A stretch of 64,000 bases of DNA, taken from positions 1,536,001 through 1,600,000 of the forward strand of contig OZ244744.1 of NCBI GenBank assembly GCA_965219455.1, given 5' to 3'. The notes beneath the pieces were generated by a model, which was not told where the DNA came from, searched no databases, and was given only the letters and a program-made list of their open reading frames with translations. Made by a program: the position numbers and the translations under genes. Source of the stretch: Candidatus Latescibacterota bacterium. GTDB taxonomy: Bacteria; Latescibacterota; UBA2968; GCA-2709665. This document shows, one piece after another, positions 50,131 to 60,047 of the stretch; position 1 is the stretch's first letter; each line of letters begins with the position of its first letter.

Positions 50131-50835
50131 TCAGCCAGATTGGACCCTTGAGGACTGTATTCTGTTTAGTTCGGTTAATGACATCCTCCCATCCGGATTT
50201 CGATACAACCACGTACGGAGGTTTTTCTTTACAGCGGGCCACTGGCTATCCAGAAGCGCATACCAGGCGGTGTCTCTGTTTCGACCCTTAATGATCATGT
50301 GCTGACTGAAGATCCCCTCGAACCTGAAACCGAGGCGAATCGCTGCTCTACGGGAACGCTCGTTCAGGGAATCGCACTTCCATTCGACCCGCCGATATTT
50401 GAGCCTGTCGAATGCCTCGCAGAGCATCAGATACACGGCCTCGGTGTTTACGTTCGACCGCTGGGAATCCGGCGAATACCAGATTTGGCCGAGTTCAAGG
50501 CGTCCCATATCGGACGCGATGTTCAGAAAACTCACCATCCCAACCCGCCGCCCCGATTCGCGATGGTGGACGGTAAGGAAGATCGGATCGTTCGACCCTG
50601 CCCCGTCCTCGAGCCAACTTCGCATATCGTCTACGCTTTCAAAGGGACCGTAACCCATGTAGGTCCATATCTGCTCACCCATAGCGGATCCGTGAGAGCA
50701 CTCGTACAGCTCCCCGGCATCGGCCTCCGGGCTGACAGGCGAAAGAGTAATCAACTCGCCGTCGTAGTCCGCCCGACGAGGCATGGCGTCGTGGGCGATG
50801 GGTTCAACGATATCCCCAACAGGAAGGGACGACAT
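50131..50835 (-). CDS. GNAT N-acetyltransferase, RimJ/RimL-like
   Basis: ELGQIWYSP..QR, YRRVEWKCDSLN..SRRAA.RLGF.FEG, KGRNRDTAWY. Confidence 0.92.
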   Translation of the reverse strand: MSSLPVGDIVEPIAHDAMPRRADYDGELITLSPVSPEADAGELYECSHGSAMGEQIWTYMGYGPFESVDDMRSWLEDGAGSNDPIFLTVHHRESGRRVGMVSFLNIASDMGRLELGQIWYSPDSQRSNVNTEAVYLMLCEAFDRLKYRRVEWKCDSLNERSRRAAIRLGFRFEGIFSQHMIIKGRNRDTAWYALLDSQWPAVKKNLRTWLYRNPDGRMSLTELNRIQSSRVQSG

Positions 50836-50882
50836 GGCAATTCCTCGTTGTTATGGTAATCGCGTGATGAGAGACGTTCATG

Positions 50883-51065
50883 TTACGAAATTCCGAAATC
50901 CTGGCACGGATCCGATTTCTTCGAACGTGCCCGGTCTACGACTCTGTAGGCATACTCACGCTCTTTTTCGCGGACCATTGCGCCCAGACGGTCCACGTCA
51001 TAATCGTGCTCCCGTGCAATATCCTCTTTGATCTTCCACAAGGCGACGATGACTTCATCCGTCAT
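50883..51065 (-). CDS. Small antitoxin-like protein, similar to 49439-49615
   Basis: MTDEVI..LWKIKEDIAREHDYDV; AGGAGGT RBS; overlaps the toxin relic. Confidence 0.65.
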   Translation of the reverse strand: MTDEVIVALWKIKEDIAREHDYDVDRLGAMVREKEREYAYRVVDRARSKKSDPCQDFGIS

Positions 51066-51160
51066 CGGGCAGACCTCCTACGATCTCCTGTGGGGTGCGG
51101 ATTTCCGGACTGGGATACCCCCATGCTTAAGACAGATTTCTCGAAATCGTGTCTCGCGCG
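51055..51160 (-). pseudogene. C-terminal relic of a PIN-domain toxin
   Basis: REICLKHG / GYPSPEIRTPQEIVGG (frameshift in a G-run) resembles the P.I.TP.E ending of this PIN subfamily. Confidence 0.55.
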
Positions 51161-51163
51161 CCT

Positions 51164-51586
51164 TCAATCGGACCGCCCCGCGAACGTCTCCTCGCCCCAT
51201 TGCTCCTGTTTCTGCCTGAGTTCTGCGATTTCTTCGTCTGTCAGACGCTCTCGATCCGTCATGATCGTCTTTTCGATGAATTTCAGTTTCAGTATCCGTC
51301 TGGTCAGCCACTCCCAGCCATCGGCGTTCGCCGGATGCGGATAGATATCATCGGGACCGATCGCCTCGGAAACGGTATAGAGGAATCCCGGTGTGACGCC
51401 ATTGTGCTTCACGTTACATGAGTAGGACAGGGACTCGTCCTGTTTCGACACGGTGACAAGCGTGGGCCTGTGAGAAAACGCTTTCGCCAGATTTCGGATC
51501 TGCGTGATCGAACTTCCGGTGCGAAGTTCCGTCAGCTCTCGCTGAGAGCCATGGTACCAGGTAAGATCGAAGTCGCACTCTGGCAT
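51164..51586 (-). CDS. Hypothetical protein, possible ADP-ribosyltransferase fold
   Basis: WYHGS, SSIT...LA..F, GFLY.V, EWL. Confidence 0.55.
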   Translation of the reverse strand: MPECDFDLTWYHGSQRELTELRTGSSITQIRNLAKAFSHRPTLVTVSKQDESLSYSCNVKHNGVTPGFLYTVSEAIGPDDIYPHPANADGWEWLTRRILKLKFIEKTIMTDRERLTDEEIAELRQKQEQWGEETFAGRSD

Positions 51587-51679
51587 GTTATTACCGGGAG
51601 CAGTAAATTGTCGACATCTATTGCGCCTGCTACGGTGGAGAGGAACTTGCCCAAACGGGGACGCTGAGTCTGCCTGCAT

Positions 51680-51753
51680 TGAGCTTGTCGAAATGTCGAA
51701 GCGCCCGCGTTTGGGCACCCTTTTTCCTTCGCCGACCCTTCGACAAGCTCAGG
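51680..51753. repeat. Inverted REP-like pair
   Basis: TGAGCTTGTCGAA ... TTCGACAAGCTCA(GG) inverted match. Confidence 0.65.
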
Positions 51754-51855
51754 GAGCGGCTCAGGATGCCGGGTCAATGTTGTGTAAAAAAGGCAAACTA
51801 TCGTGTGCTCCCTGTGATAATCCTGACATCCTGATTGGAGATCCAAGAGCGCCGA

Positions 51856-52611
51856 CTATCCCCAGGTCCCGTCCTTCTGCAGCAGAAAGCTTGCGTCTCG
51901 CCGATCCCGACGATAGGTCGTACAGTACAGTATTCTGAAACCCGCCGCAGTCAGTTCTTCTCTATAGCCCTTCAGACTGCGCCCGCGCCCCATTAAGAAT
52001 ACCTTCTTGTCTTTTACGTCCTGCCATCGGCTTCCCTGGCATTTTTGGAGAGGGACGCCCGAAGTGTTCGCGCCCGTCTTTCTGCAGAAGTCAGCGAACG
52101 AATCCACCCGACCTTCATGGGCCTCCGGGTCGTGCGAACCGAACAGGATGAAATATCCTCCGTCCCGCATGACTCTCCTGATGTTTCTCAGGTAGTTTTT
52201 CCGGTGGGCGTCGACGACCAGCATATGGAAACAAAAGCAGTCGACTACAATGTCGAACCCGCCGGCCGGTAACCCATCCGGATCCAGTGCATTCGCTACC
52301 TCGAATCTCGCATCAGCGCCAGCTTCGGCAGACCGCTGTCTCGCGCGTTCGATAGCGGCCTCCGAGATGTCAATGCCCAGGTACCGATATCCCATCCCGG
52401 CCAGGAAGATTCCGACCGTGCCGTCCCCGCATCCCAGGTCCAGTATCCGGGCATCCGTCGGCGAATGCGGGATGCTTCGGAGCATTCCCTCAATACGCTT
52501 AAGAGCTCTCTTCTGAGATGCGCCGTCGCCAAGGTACGTGAATCCTTCCTCATAGGCGACACGATAGTTGTGATCGTACGCCCTATAGTACGATCTGTCG
52601 TCAAACTTCAA
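51856..52611 (-). CDS. Class I SAM-dependent methyltransferase
   Basis: ILDLGCGDG, GIDISE.AI, FD.VVD..CFH; TTG start after GGGAG. Confidence 0.9.
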   Translation of the reverse strand: MKFDDRSYYRAYDHNYRVAYEEGFTYLGDGASQKRALKRIEGMLRSIPHSPTDARILDLGCGDGTVGIFLAGMGYRYLGIDISEAAIERARQRSAEAGADARFEVANALDPDGLPAGGFDIVVDCFCFHMLVVDAHRKNYLRNIRRVMRDGGYFILFGSHDPEAHEGRVDSFADFCRKTGANTSGVPLQKCQGSRWQDVKDKKVFLMGRGRSLKGYREELTAAGFRILYCTTYRRDRRDASFLLQKDGTWG

Positions 52612-52625
52612 CTCAACGCTCCCAT

Positions 52626-52889
52626 CTAATGCGAAACCGACGTGGACACGTTTCCTCTGCCGACAATCGCAGACAGGATTCCGAGGAACAGTGCCAGCTT
52701 CAGGGACGCGAACCATGAAATCTCCCCTGCGATGAGTCCCTGCTCAACGGCGCCGGGGAAGAGATCGGGAATCGTCCACGCCCAGAGGATCTTGATGAGG
52801 AACAGTGCGGCGAAGATGACGCCTGCTGCCAGCAAAAGAAATCCCTGTAGCGCTGCTGCCACGCCCGCTGCGATCCATCCTTTTTTCAT
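52626..52889 (-). CDS. Small membrane protein
   Basis: Two hydrophobic segments, WAWTIPDLFPGAV..GLIA..ISW; GGAG RBS. Confidence 0.7.
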   Translation of the reverse strand: MKKGWIAAGVAAALQGFLLLAAGVIFAALFLIKILWAWTIPDLFPGAVEQGLIAGEISWFASLKLALFLGILSAIVGRGNVSTSVSH

Positions 52890-53208
52890 ATTCGTCTCCA
52901 ATTGAAATGACATCTGCCGAAATTTACAGCGGCTGACGGCGCCCTCCGGATACGACCGCTTCTATATTCGAGCAACAACGGGACGGACCACCCGCTGCCG
53001 GGACAAACCGGCCACCCGTTCACTCCCGCCAACGGCTGCGCGTCGGTGTCTGCTGATTTCCGCTCTTGTATTATACACAAAAACGACCTCGATTGAGGCC
53101 GCTTTTTTCTTTTAATTATATGTTGGATCCGACCCTGGAAATGGGGCCCAACGGCCCATCATATTCCTCCCGTAACGGAGTCGATTCGCGCCGCCTGACG
53201 TCAGTATC

Positions 53209-56200
53209 CTAAAGCGTGACAGGTTTCAGGGAATGGGATCGGATCTCAAATTCACTGCCGGTGAGCAGCCGGGAAAGTGTGTTGGTCATCCGGACGATGA
53301 TTCGGTTCTTTCCGGGTTTGAGCCATTCGGTTCTCGCCGTCCACTTGTAGGGCGCCCAGGCTCTCGTACCCAGGGTACGGCCGTTTATGGCGACCTCTAC
53401 AATATCGGAGACGTCTTTAAGTTCCTCCTCCAGCGAAAAAACAAACTGTTCGGACTCGGGAGGCTCGCTAAACGTCATATCTTTTGTATACACAACCGTA
53501 CCCGCATAGTAGGGCATTTTCTGGTTGTCGAGTTCACCCGGGAAACCACGGTCAACCGGTGCTATAATTCGGAGATTGTGGTTGAGCCAGCGCCTGACAC
53601 CGAATTTTCCGAAGAGGTAAAAGGCATCGACCAGGCCTTGATCGAGGTGGTCGAGTTCCACGCGGATGGCGAGGACGTTCCTGCCGGTGGTAGCGCGACG
53701 CACAACCGCGCAAGTGACGTTGTTATGGTCGTACCGGAAGGTGGGCCGGAATGCTTTTCCGGGCAGGCGGACACCGTTCAGGTAGATCTGGTAATCACCC
53801 AGAATGGCGCTGCGGTCCATCACCAGGGAGAGCTTGGAAGGCACGACGTCGGCGGAAAATGCCGTTCTGAACCAGCAGACAAGGGGAAATTCGATGCCCG
53901 GACCGGCGGGCTGACCCGGTCCGCCGCTGTTGAACGTGAAGGGCAGACTGGAAAGAGAAGGCAGATCTCTGATCTGTTCAACCATCGGTTTGGGGGTTAC
54001 GGACGTCCAGCGGTTATCCCTGTAGCCCGGTTTGTGCCAACCCTGCTCGATACCCTTTTTCTGCGGATCGAGTTGCATCTGGAACCTGTCCATGCGCAGG
54101 CAGTTATCCTCTTCGGGGTCGACTTTCCACGGGTCGTTCGAGTCGGGACGCAAAATGGCCGGCGTTTCCAATTCCGTCAGCGGCTGGGGTTTGTCTTCCG
54201 ATGCAACAATAAGGTGGGATTGCAAGCGTTCGAAGTTGAGGTCGAGCGTAACCCGATCGCCTTCCCGCTCCGCCATTAATGAGGTCCGCCTGCCGGTCTC
54301 CAGGTCCCACCGTTCCAACTTGCGGCGTTTTGACGGCACCGTTATGGTGATCCGGGATGTAAAGGCGTTTCGATCGGTATTCGTGAAGAAAAACAGATCT
54401 TCCTTTGGCGTTTCTCTCCTCTGAGACAGGATCGCCGAACCGTTCTTTTTGTCGGTTTCAACAATCACGTCAGGCGGAAGGATGCGGTGGAGTAAATCGC
54501 CCAGCATACGCGCGCCGCGGTTTTTTTCGACGGAACCTCCCGTGCGGATGAAATAGAGGTCTCCCCTCTGAATGAGATGTACCCCCAGTTCGTGACCGAT
54601 ATAGTCGCGTCTCATTCTGCCGGGTTCCATATCGGTGAGACGGGAGAATGCCTCGACGACCGATGGACCCTCCTGAATGTCTTCAATCGGCAGCAGGCCG
54701 AGACAGATGACTTTGCCGCCGGCGTTGATAAACTCCCGGATGCGTTCAAACGCGTCTCGCTCCAGGTTTGTGATTGGCGGCAGGATGAGCACATCGTAGC
54801 GAGCTGCGCCAATCTGCAGCCGGTCACCGGCGATACGCGCCGTAGCCAACGTCTCCGGATCCAGGGAGTCGAAATCACGCTGCATCTGGCAAAGGGATTC
54901 TATCAGGTACGCCCAATCCGTGGCGAGGCGCTGGGTAAGCTTGGCCTCATCCTCATCGTAACCTATATATTTCCATCCGAGACCGGGGCTGCCCAGGTGC
55001 GCCCAGAGGCTCGTTGCCGGATCGAGAAGGGCCAGATTAGCCCTTCGACGTCCCTGGCTGAGGACGTACGAGAGGCGGCCCGCGTAGTCCGCGAGAAGCC
55101 GGAAATGTTTCCAGTAGGGGTTCTGGTGAAAAATCGAGGGCGGATTGTGGTGCTTGCGCAGCCCGTCGAGGGTGTAGGACAATCCCCGTGCGTGAAACAG
55201 GTTCGCACCGAGAGCGCCCATCCGGTCGATCGTCCATTTCATATCCTGTAGAGTCAGAGACCAGCCGGTATCCTGGAAACAGGTGTTGAATGTGCGGCCC
55301 CCGTCGTGGACGGATACGGAAAATCTGGGGTTGCGGCGATAAGCCGCGGCATGCGCATCCCCGTCTCTGAACCCGCCAACCTTTTCACCGCCTCCGCTCG
55401 TGCCGGGGATGTGGACGTTGCTCCTGTGGGCGTTCCTGAAAACAGTGACGTCGGCTGCGTGCAGCACTTTGTGTTTCGCACACCACGTCCCGAGGACCTT
55501 ATGGAAGTTATCTCTGAGCATTTCGCTCAGGGTCTGGAAGTAATCGTACCGGATCCGGGCCGTATTCGGGCCGAAATAGGTCATCAGCGCCGGGAGACAG
55601 TTAAGCAGGTCGTACTGGTTGCGCTCCCGAAATACCCTGGGCAATGTCGGAGACCAGGGCCATCTGCCCGGAATGGAAGACGCCTCGGTGGTTATAATGC
55701 CCTGGATCACGCCGCCAAACCTGTTTGCCAGCCCCTTGGCGTACCGTCCGTGGGTGGTCTCAAGAAAACAGGCGACGGCTTCCGCGTTGAAGGGATCGAA
55801 GTGGATTCCGTGAGATTCCGCCGCGTCGCTTTCCCGCTGTAAGAAGACGAGTACTCTCCAGCGTCCCGGCGGCGCCTTCCAGAACAGGCGATGCGTAAGG
55901 TGGCGGGCGAGAAATCGTTTGTTATAGTATGCCGCGTCGCCCGTGTTTTCGTCGTATATCTCGTGGCGCTGATTTGCGCCGATAAAATCCCCGATATCCG
56001 TTACACTTTCCCAGAGGCACCGGTCCCGCTTGAGCGGAACGGCGAGCGCGCGCAATACCGTGCCCCACGGCAGTTCCATGTCGACTTGCTGGCCGCCCTG
56101 AACGGTGATTTCATCGAAGGTGAGGTGCTGGGCACGATACTGCGGGTAACCCAGCGAAACCTGGCCGCCGCTGATGCTGTGGGGGTGGGGGTATTCGCCC

Positions 56201-56451
56201 TGGAGCCAGACCTGAAGCCCGCACTCCCGGGCGGTTTCCACCGCCAGCCGTACACGATCGAACCAGACTTTTGAGAGGTATGGAATCCGAAGCCCGGGCC
56301 CCGCGGAGAGACAGAAACCACCCAGGCCTTTGTCGCTCATCTCCCGGATCTGGCGCACAATCTCGCCTTCTTCGATGGTGCTGTTCCATGACCAGGAAGG
56401 CAGAATGCGAAAGGGGGCGGGGGGATTCAGGAATGTGCTGGTATCCATCAT
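53209..56451 (-). CDS. GH106-like (alpha-L-rhamnosidase-like) glycoside hydrolase fold protein
   Basis: F.NPP...P.W.WN, GLGGF, YLS..WF, R.DYFQT, PPS, YYAGT..Y, RAWAPY, LKPGKN.I.V..TNT. Confidence 0.7.
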   Translation of the reverse strand: MMDTSTFLNPPAPFRILPSWSWNSTIEEGEIVRQIREMSDKGLGGFCLSAGPGLRIPYLSKVWFDRVRLAVETARECGLQVWLQGEYPHPHSISGGQVSLGYPQYRAQHLTFDEITVQGGQQVDMELPWGTVLRALAVPLKRDRCLWESVTDIGDFIGANQRHEIYDENTGDAAYYNKRFLARHLTHRLFWKAPPGRWRVLVFLQRESDAAESHGIHFDPFNAEAVACFLETTHGRYAKGLANRFGGVIQGIITTEASSIPGRWPWSPTLPRVFRERNQYDLLNCLPALMTYFGPNTARIRYDYFQTLSEMLRDNFHKVLGTWCAKHKVLHAADVTVFRNAHRSNVHIPGTSGGGEKVGGFRDGDAHAAAYRRNPRFSVSVHDGGRTFNTCFQDTGWSLTLQDMKWTIDRMGALGANLFHARGLSYTLDGLRKHHNPPSIFHQNPYWKHFRLLADYAGRLSYVLSQGRRRANLALLDPATSLWAHLGSPGLGWKYIGYDEDEAKLTQRLATDWAYLIESLCQMQRDFDSLDPETLATARIAGDRLQIGAARYDVLILPPITNLERDAFERIREFINAGGKVICLGLLPIEDIQEGPSVVEAFSRLTDMEPGRMRRDYIGHELGVHLIQRGDLYFIRTGGSVEKNRGARMLGDLLHRILPPDVIVETDKKNGSAILSQRRETPKEDLFFFTNTDRNAFTSRITITVPSKRRKLERWDLETGRRTSLMAEREGDRVTLDLNFERLQSHLIVASEDKPQPLTELETPAILRPDSNDPWKVDPEEDNCLRMDRFQMQLDPQKKGIEQGWHKPGYRDNRWTSVTPKPMVEQIRDLPSLSSLPFTFNSGGPGQPAGPGIEFPLVCWFRTAFSADVVPSKLSLVMDRSAILGDYQIYLNGVRLPGKAFRPTFRYDHNNVTCAVVRRATTGRNVLAIRVELDHLDQGLVDAFYLFGKFGVRRWLNHNLRIIAPVDRGFPGELDNQKMPYYAGTVVYTKDMTFSEPPESEQFVFSLEEELKDVSDIVEVAINGRTLGTRAWAPYKWTARTEWLKPGKNRIIVRMTNTLSRLLTGSEFEIRSHSLKPVTL

Positions 56452-56593
56452 GTAGCTGGCCGGTTTTAAGTGGGCGCGGCGTCTGAAGGCTGCGGGCGCA
56501 CGCGGGTTGGCGGGGTTTCGCGATGGATCACCCACCGACGACAACCTGTCGACATTCGCTTCGGAGGCCAAGGATCCTGTAGAAGCGCTCCGG

Positions 56594-56827
56594 CTAAGCC
56601 TTCGCCGCGCATGTCTCACAGAGATAGGTTACGGTTCGATAACGTTCCGCGAGGCGTGTGAGCTTGATCCGACCCTCCTTTTGCCTGCAGCGCTCGCAGG
56701 GGCGCTCCAGGGGAGGTTTCGGCCCGGCTTCGCAGACCTCGCAACGATAAGTGATCTGTTTCTCGCCATTGAAAACCCGGGTGGAGACCCGTGTGGCGAG
56801 ACGCTTTTCGCACGTTTCACAGAGCAC
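56594..56827 (-). CDS. Small protein of two McsA-like zinc-finger modules
   Basis: CETC...AT...NGEK....CEVC, then CERC...LCETCA. Confidence 0.65.
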   Translation of the reverse strand: MLCETCEKRLATRVSTRVFNGEKQITYRCEVCEAGPKPPLERPCERCRQKEGRIKLTRLAERYRTVTYLCETCAAKA

Positions 56828-57176
56828 CTGAAATGACTTCTCCGGAAGCTGAGGATGTGCGGGATTCCAACCCCTGTAAATTTCAAAAAGATGTAATGTA
56901 CTATTTAATAAGGAAAAGTCAAGACAAAGCGTATATTGATGTATTTAATTAATTGTTAATTAATCATTTACGAAAAATAAGAATGATAAATACGAATCGT
57001 TCGCATATCGGTCTTTACCGGTGCGCGGTCCGGGTCCGCCCCAGGTGACATGCCTTGAATGGTGGCGATTAAGTATTTGTTTTTAAATGCAGAGCAGCCG
57101 CCTGCACCTGCTTTGTCCGGTCGCCGGTCAGAATTTGTGGTCTCGGTCGATTTTTTTTATTATACTTGATATCCAA

Positions 57177-57773
57177 ATGAAAAGACGCATTTGCGCGCTT
57201 GTGCCGGCCGCCGGTATGTCGACTCGCATGGGGTCTCCCAAACAGCTATTGCCGTTCGGTGGCAAGACGGTGCTTCAGACCGTGGTCGATACGCTGCTGG
57301 AGGCCAATCTGGACGGTATCCTGGTGGTGCTTGGCCACAAGGCAGATACCGTGCGTGGGAGTCTGGCGGAGCGGCCGGTGAAGTTTCACGTGAATCCGGA
57401 TTACCGCAAGGGGATGTTTTCAAGTATCCTGTGCGGGCTTTCCTCGTTGGCGGAGTCGGCCGATGCCGCGCTGATCGCCCTGGGCGATCAGCCGCACATC
57501 CGTTCGAGTGTGGTCAGGAAGGTGGCCGCGGCGTATCACAACGGCAAAAAGGGGATAGTCGTTCCCGTTTACGGGGGCAAACGAGGCCACCCGGCCCTGG
57601 TGGATCTGGGTCGTTATTTTCCGGAAATCCAATCCCTGACCGGCGAATACGGGTTGAAACCCGTAATGCGCGGGTACCCGGACGATACGCTCGAGGTTGA
57701 CGTCGAGGATGAGGGGGTGTTGCGGGATATCGATACGCCGGAGGAATATCGGGCGGAATTGGACAGGCGCTAA
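57177..57773 (+). CDS. MocA/MobA-like nucleotidyltransferase
   Basis: AAGMSTRMG.PKQLL, NPDY..GM.SS, LGDQP, GHP, DIDTPEEY. Confidence 0.9.
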   Translation: MKRRICALVPAAGMSTRMGSPKQLLPFGGKTVLQTVVDTLLEANLDGILVVLGHKADTVRGSLAERPVKFHVNPDYRKGMFSSILCGLSSLAESADAALIALGDQPHIRSSVVRKVAAAYHNGKKGIVVPVYGGKRGHPALVDLGRYFPEIQSLTGEYGLKPVMRGYPDDTLEVDVEDEGVLRDIDTPEEYRAELDRR

Positions 57774-57786
57774 CAGTCCGTTGATA
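57774..57786 (+). mobile_element. Possible solo end of MITE family A
   Basis: CTAA|CAGTCCGTTGATA is the exact reverse complement of the last 13 bp of 4733-4891. Confidence 0.45.
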
Positions 57787-57820
57787 CAGGCGCGTCGCCG
57801 TTATCCTGTCCGGTAACGGT

Positions 57821-58648
57821 TTACGACGGCGAAAGCTGCGCTCCCCCGTCGACACGGAGGATCTGGCCGCTCACGAAACTTGCCAGGGGCGAAACGAAGA
57901 ACTGTACGGCCCGCGCGATCTCATCCGGATACGCGTAACGGATCAGCGTGGGCCGGTTCATTGCATTCAGAAGTTCCGGGTCGGCCTGTCCCGTGGCAAC
58001 AAAACGACCGCTGGGGGAATCGCCCGGCGCAACCATGTTCACGGTAATATTGTGTTCCCGGAGTTGATCTGCCATGCAACGGGTATAATGGGTTTGGGCT
58101 GCTTTGGCCGTGGCGTAAACGGGGCCTCCTCCGGGCCGGCCGGTGAAGCTGTCCACCGAGCCTATATTGACGATTCTGCCTCCCCGGCGTTGGATCATGC
58201 CCGGAACGACGGCGCGGCAGCAATGCAGGGTTGTGGCGAAGTTCCTGTTGAATACGGCCTCGACGTCTTCCAGAGGGATGCCCAGGGTATCGTTGGGTTT
58301 TGGTTTTCCGCCCGCCGCGGCAATGTCGCCCCCGGCGTTATTGACCAGAATGTCGATCGGTCCGAGTTCGCTTTCGATCTGTTCAACGGCGGCTTTGACC
58401 TGTTCAGGGTCAGAGACGTCCGCAAATACGGTGATGACGGCGTTGCCCGTTTTTGCGATTTCCCGGGCTACGTGGGTCGTGGACGGGGCCTCGTTGAACT
58501 CCGCCGCCGTCTGGTCGGATCGTCCGTGGACAACCATGGAAGCGCCGCAACGCGCCAGACGTTCCGCAATCGCCCGGCCCAGGCCCCGTGCGGAAGCCGT
58601 GACCCACGCGACTTTGCCTGCCAGGAGTTCGGGATGTACGTATTCCAT
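57821..58648 (-). CDS. Short-chain dehydrogenase/reductase
   Basis: TASARGLG, LVNNAG, YATAK, VAPG, VSGQ.LRVDGG. Confidence 0.92.
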   Translation of the reverse strand: MEYVHPELLAGKVAWVTASARGLGRAIAERLARCGASMVVHGRSDQTAAEFNEAPSTTHVAREIAKTGNAVITVFADVSDPEQVKAAVEQIESELGPIDILVNNAGGDIAAAGGKPKPNDTLGIPLEDVEAVFNRNFATTLHCCRAVVPGMIQRRGGRIVNIGSVDSFTGRPGGGPVYATAKAAQTHYTRCMADQLREHNITVNMVAPGDSPSGRFVATGQADPELLNAMNRPTLIRYAYPDEIARAVQFFVSPLASFVSGQILRVDGGAQLSPS

Positions 58649-58973
58649 ATGGTCATGACCTCCGTGGGGGAAGGCGTCTCACGCACCGCAAATCCAAGAA
58701 TTACAAAGCCGAAGTGGCGCTCCTGAGAGGCAGGGGCGGAAGGCTTGGAAAAGATACACCGTCCAGGGCCTTCTTGCAAGTCTGGAAGAATTGGCGGTGA
58801 ATGGTGACATATTTCTGGGACGGGACACTAGCTGCCTGTCGGAGAACCCCAATTTTGGGCGATCATCATACAATATATTGGTTTAATGTTTCTAAATAAC
58901 ACTATATATTGTATTCCGAGAGATGCTGGCATAGGTATTCCGACAGGCTCCTGGAAACCGGGAGGATTCGTTT

Positions 58974-60017
58974 ATGGGTAATCGGACCGTCGGTTTTGCA
59001 ATGATCGGAAGCGGCGTGGTGGCGGACTATCATATTGGCGCGGTACAGGATACCGAGGGCGCCGAACTGGTCGCCGTATACAGCCGAAGCGAAACGCGCG
59101 CCAGAACCACGGGAGAGGCACACGGCGTGCCCTGGTTTACGGATTACGAAGCCATTCTCCGCCTGCCAGAGGTGGATGTGGTTTGCATCTGCACCCCCAG
59201 CGGCGTGCGCATTCCTATCGTGACGGATGCGGCGGCGGCGGGCAAGCATCTGATTGTGGAAAAACCTCTGGATGTATCGATTCAGAATATGGATCGCATT
59301 ATTCGAGCGGCCGGGGACGCACGCGTGAAACTAATGGGGGTTTTCCAGTTGCGGTACGGGGAGGCGGTCAACAGGGTGCGTGCCGCGGTTCAATCCGGCG
59401 GTCTCGGCAGGATGGTGCTGGGTGACGCCTATATCAAGTGGTTCCGGCCCCAGGCCTACTACGATGCGGACGATTGGCGGGGCAACTGGGCGATGGAGGG
59501 CGGTGGGGCACTGATGACGCAGGGCAGCCACACAGTGGATCTGCTCCAGTGGATTATGGGACCGGTAAAGCGCGTCTACGCCAGGATGGGCACGTTGATT
59601 CACGATATCGAGGTTGAAGATACCGTGGTTGCCACACTGGAATACGAAAATGGAGCGTTCGGGGTGGTTGAAGCGTCTTCCGCCGCGTATCCCGGTTTGC
59701 CGGCACGGATGGAATTTTCCGGAGACCGTGGTACGGTTGTGGTGGAAGCGGACCAGATTACCAAATGGGACGTCGAGGGCAAAAGCGTGGAAGAGACGGC
59801 GGCGGATACAACCGACGTGGCCAGGGCGGCATCCGATTCCACGACCTTCGGCACGGAAGGACACAAGGCGCAGATCGCGGAGATGGTTCGTATTCTGAAT
59901 GAAGGCGGCGATCCGACAATCGATGGTCCGGAGTCGAAGCGGGCCATCGAAATCATCCTGGCGATTTACGAATCGGCGAGGTCGGGCAACCCCGTGGCGC
60001 TGCCGTTCAACGGGTGA
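58974..60017 (+). CDS. Gfo/Idh/MocA family oxidoreductase
   Basis: IGSG, CTPSG, GKH..VEKP, GGGALMTQGSH.VD, EVED. Confidence 0.93.
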   Translation: MGNRTVGFAMIGSGVVADYHIGAVQDTEGAELVAVYSRSETRARTTGEAHGVPWFTDYEAILRLPEVDVVCICTPSGVRIPIVTDAAAAGKHLIVEKPLDVSIQNMDRIIRAAGDARVKLMGVFQLRYGEAVNRVRAAVQSGGLGRMVLGDAYIKWFRPQAYYDADDWRGNWAMEGGGALMTQGSHTVDLLQWIMGPVKRVYARMGTLIHDIEVEDTVVATLEYENGAFGVVEASSAAYPGLPARMEFSGDRGTVVVEADQITKWDVEGKSVEETAADTTDVARAASDSTTFGTEGHKAQIAEMVRILNEGGDPTIDGPESKRAIEIILAIYESARSGNPVALPFNG

Positions 60018-60047
60018 ACCCGGATCTTCTATTTTTAGGAGCGTTCT

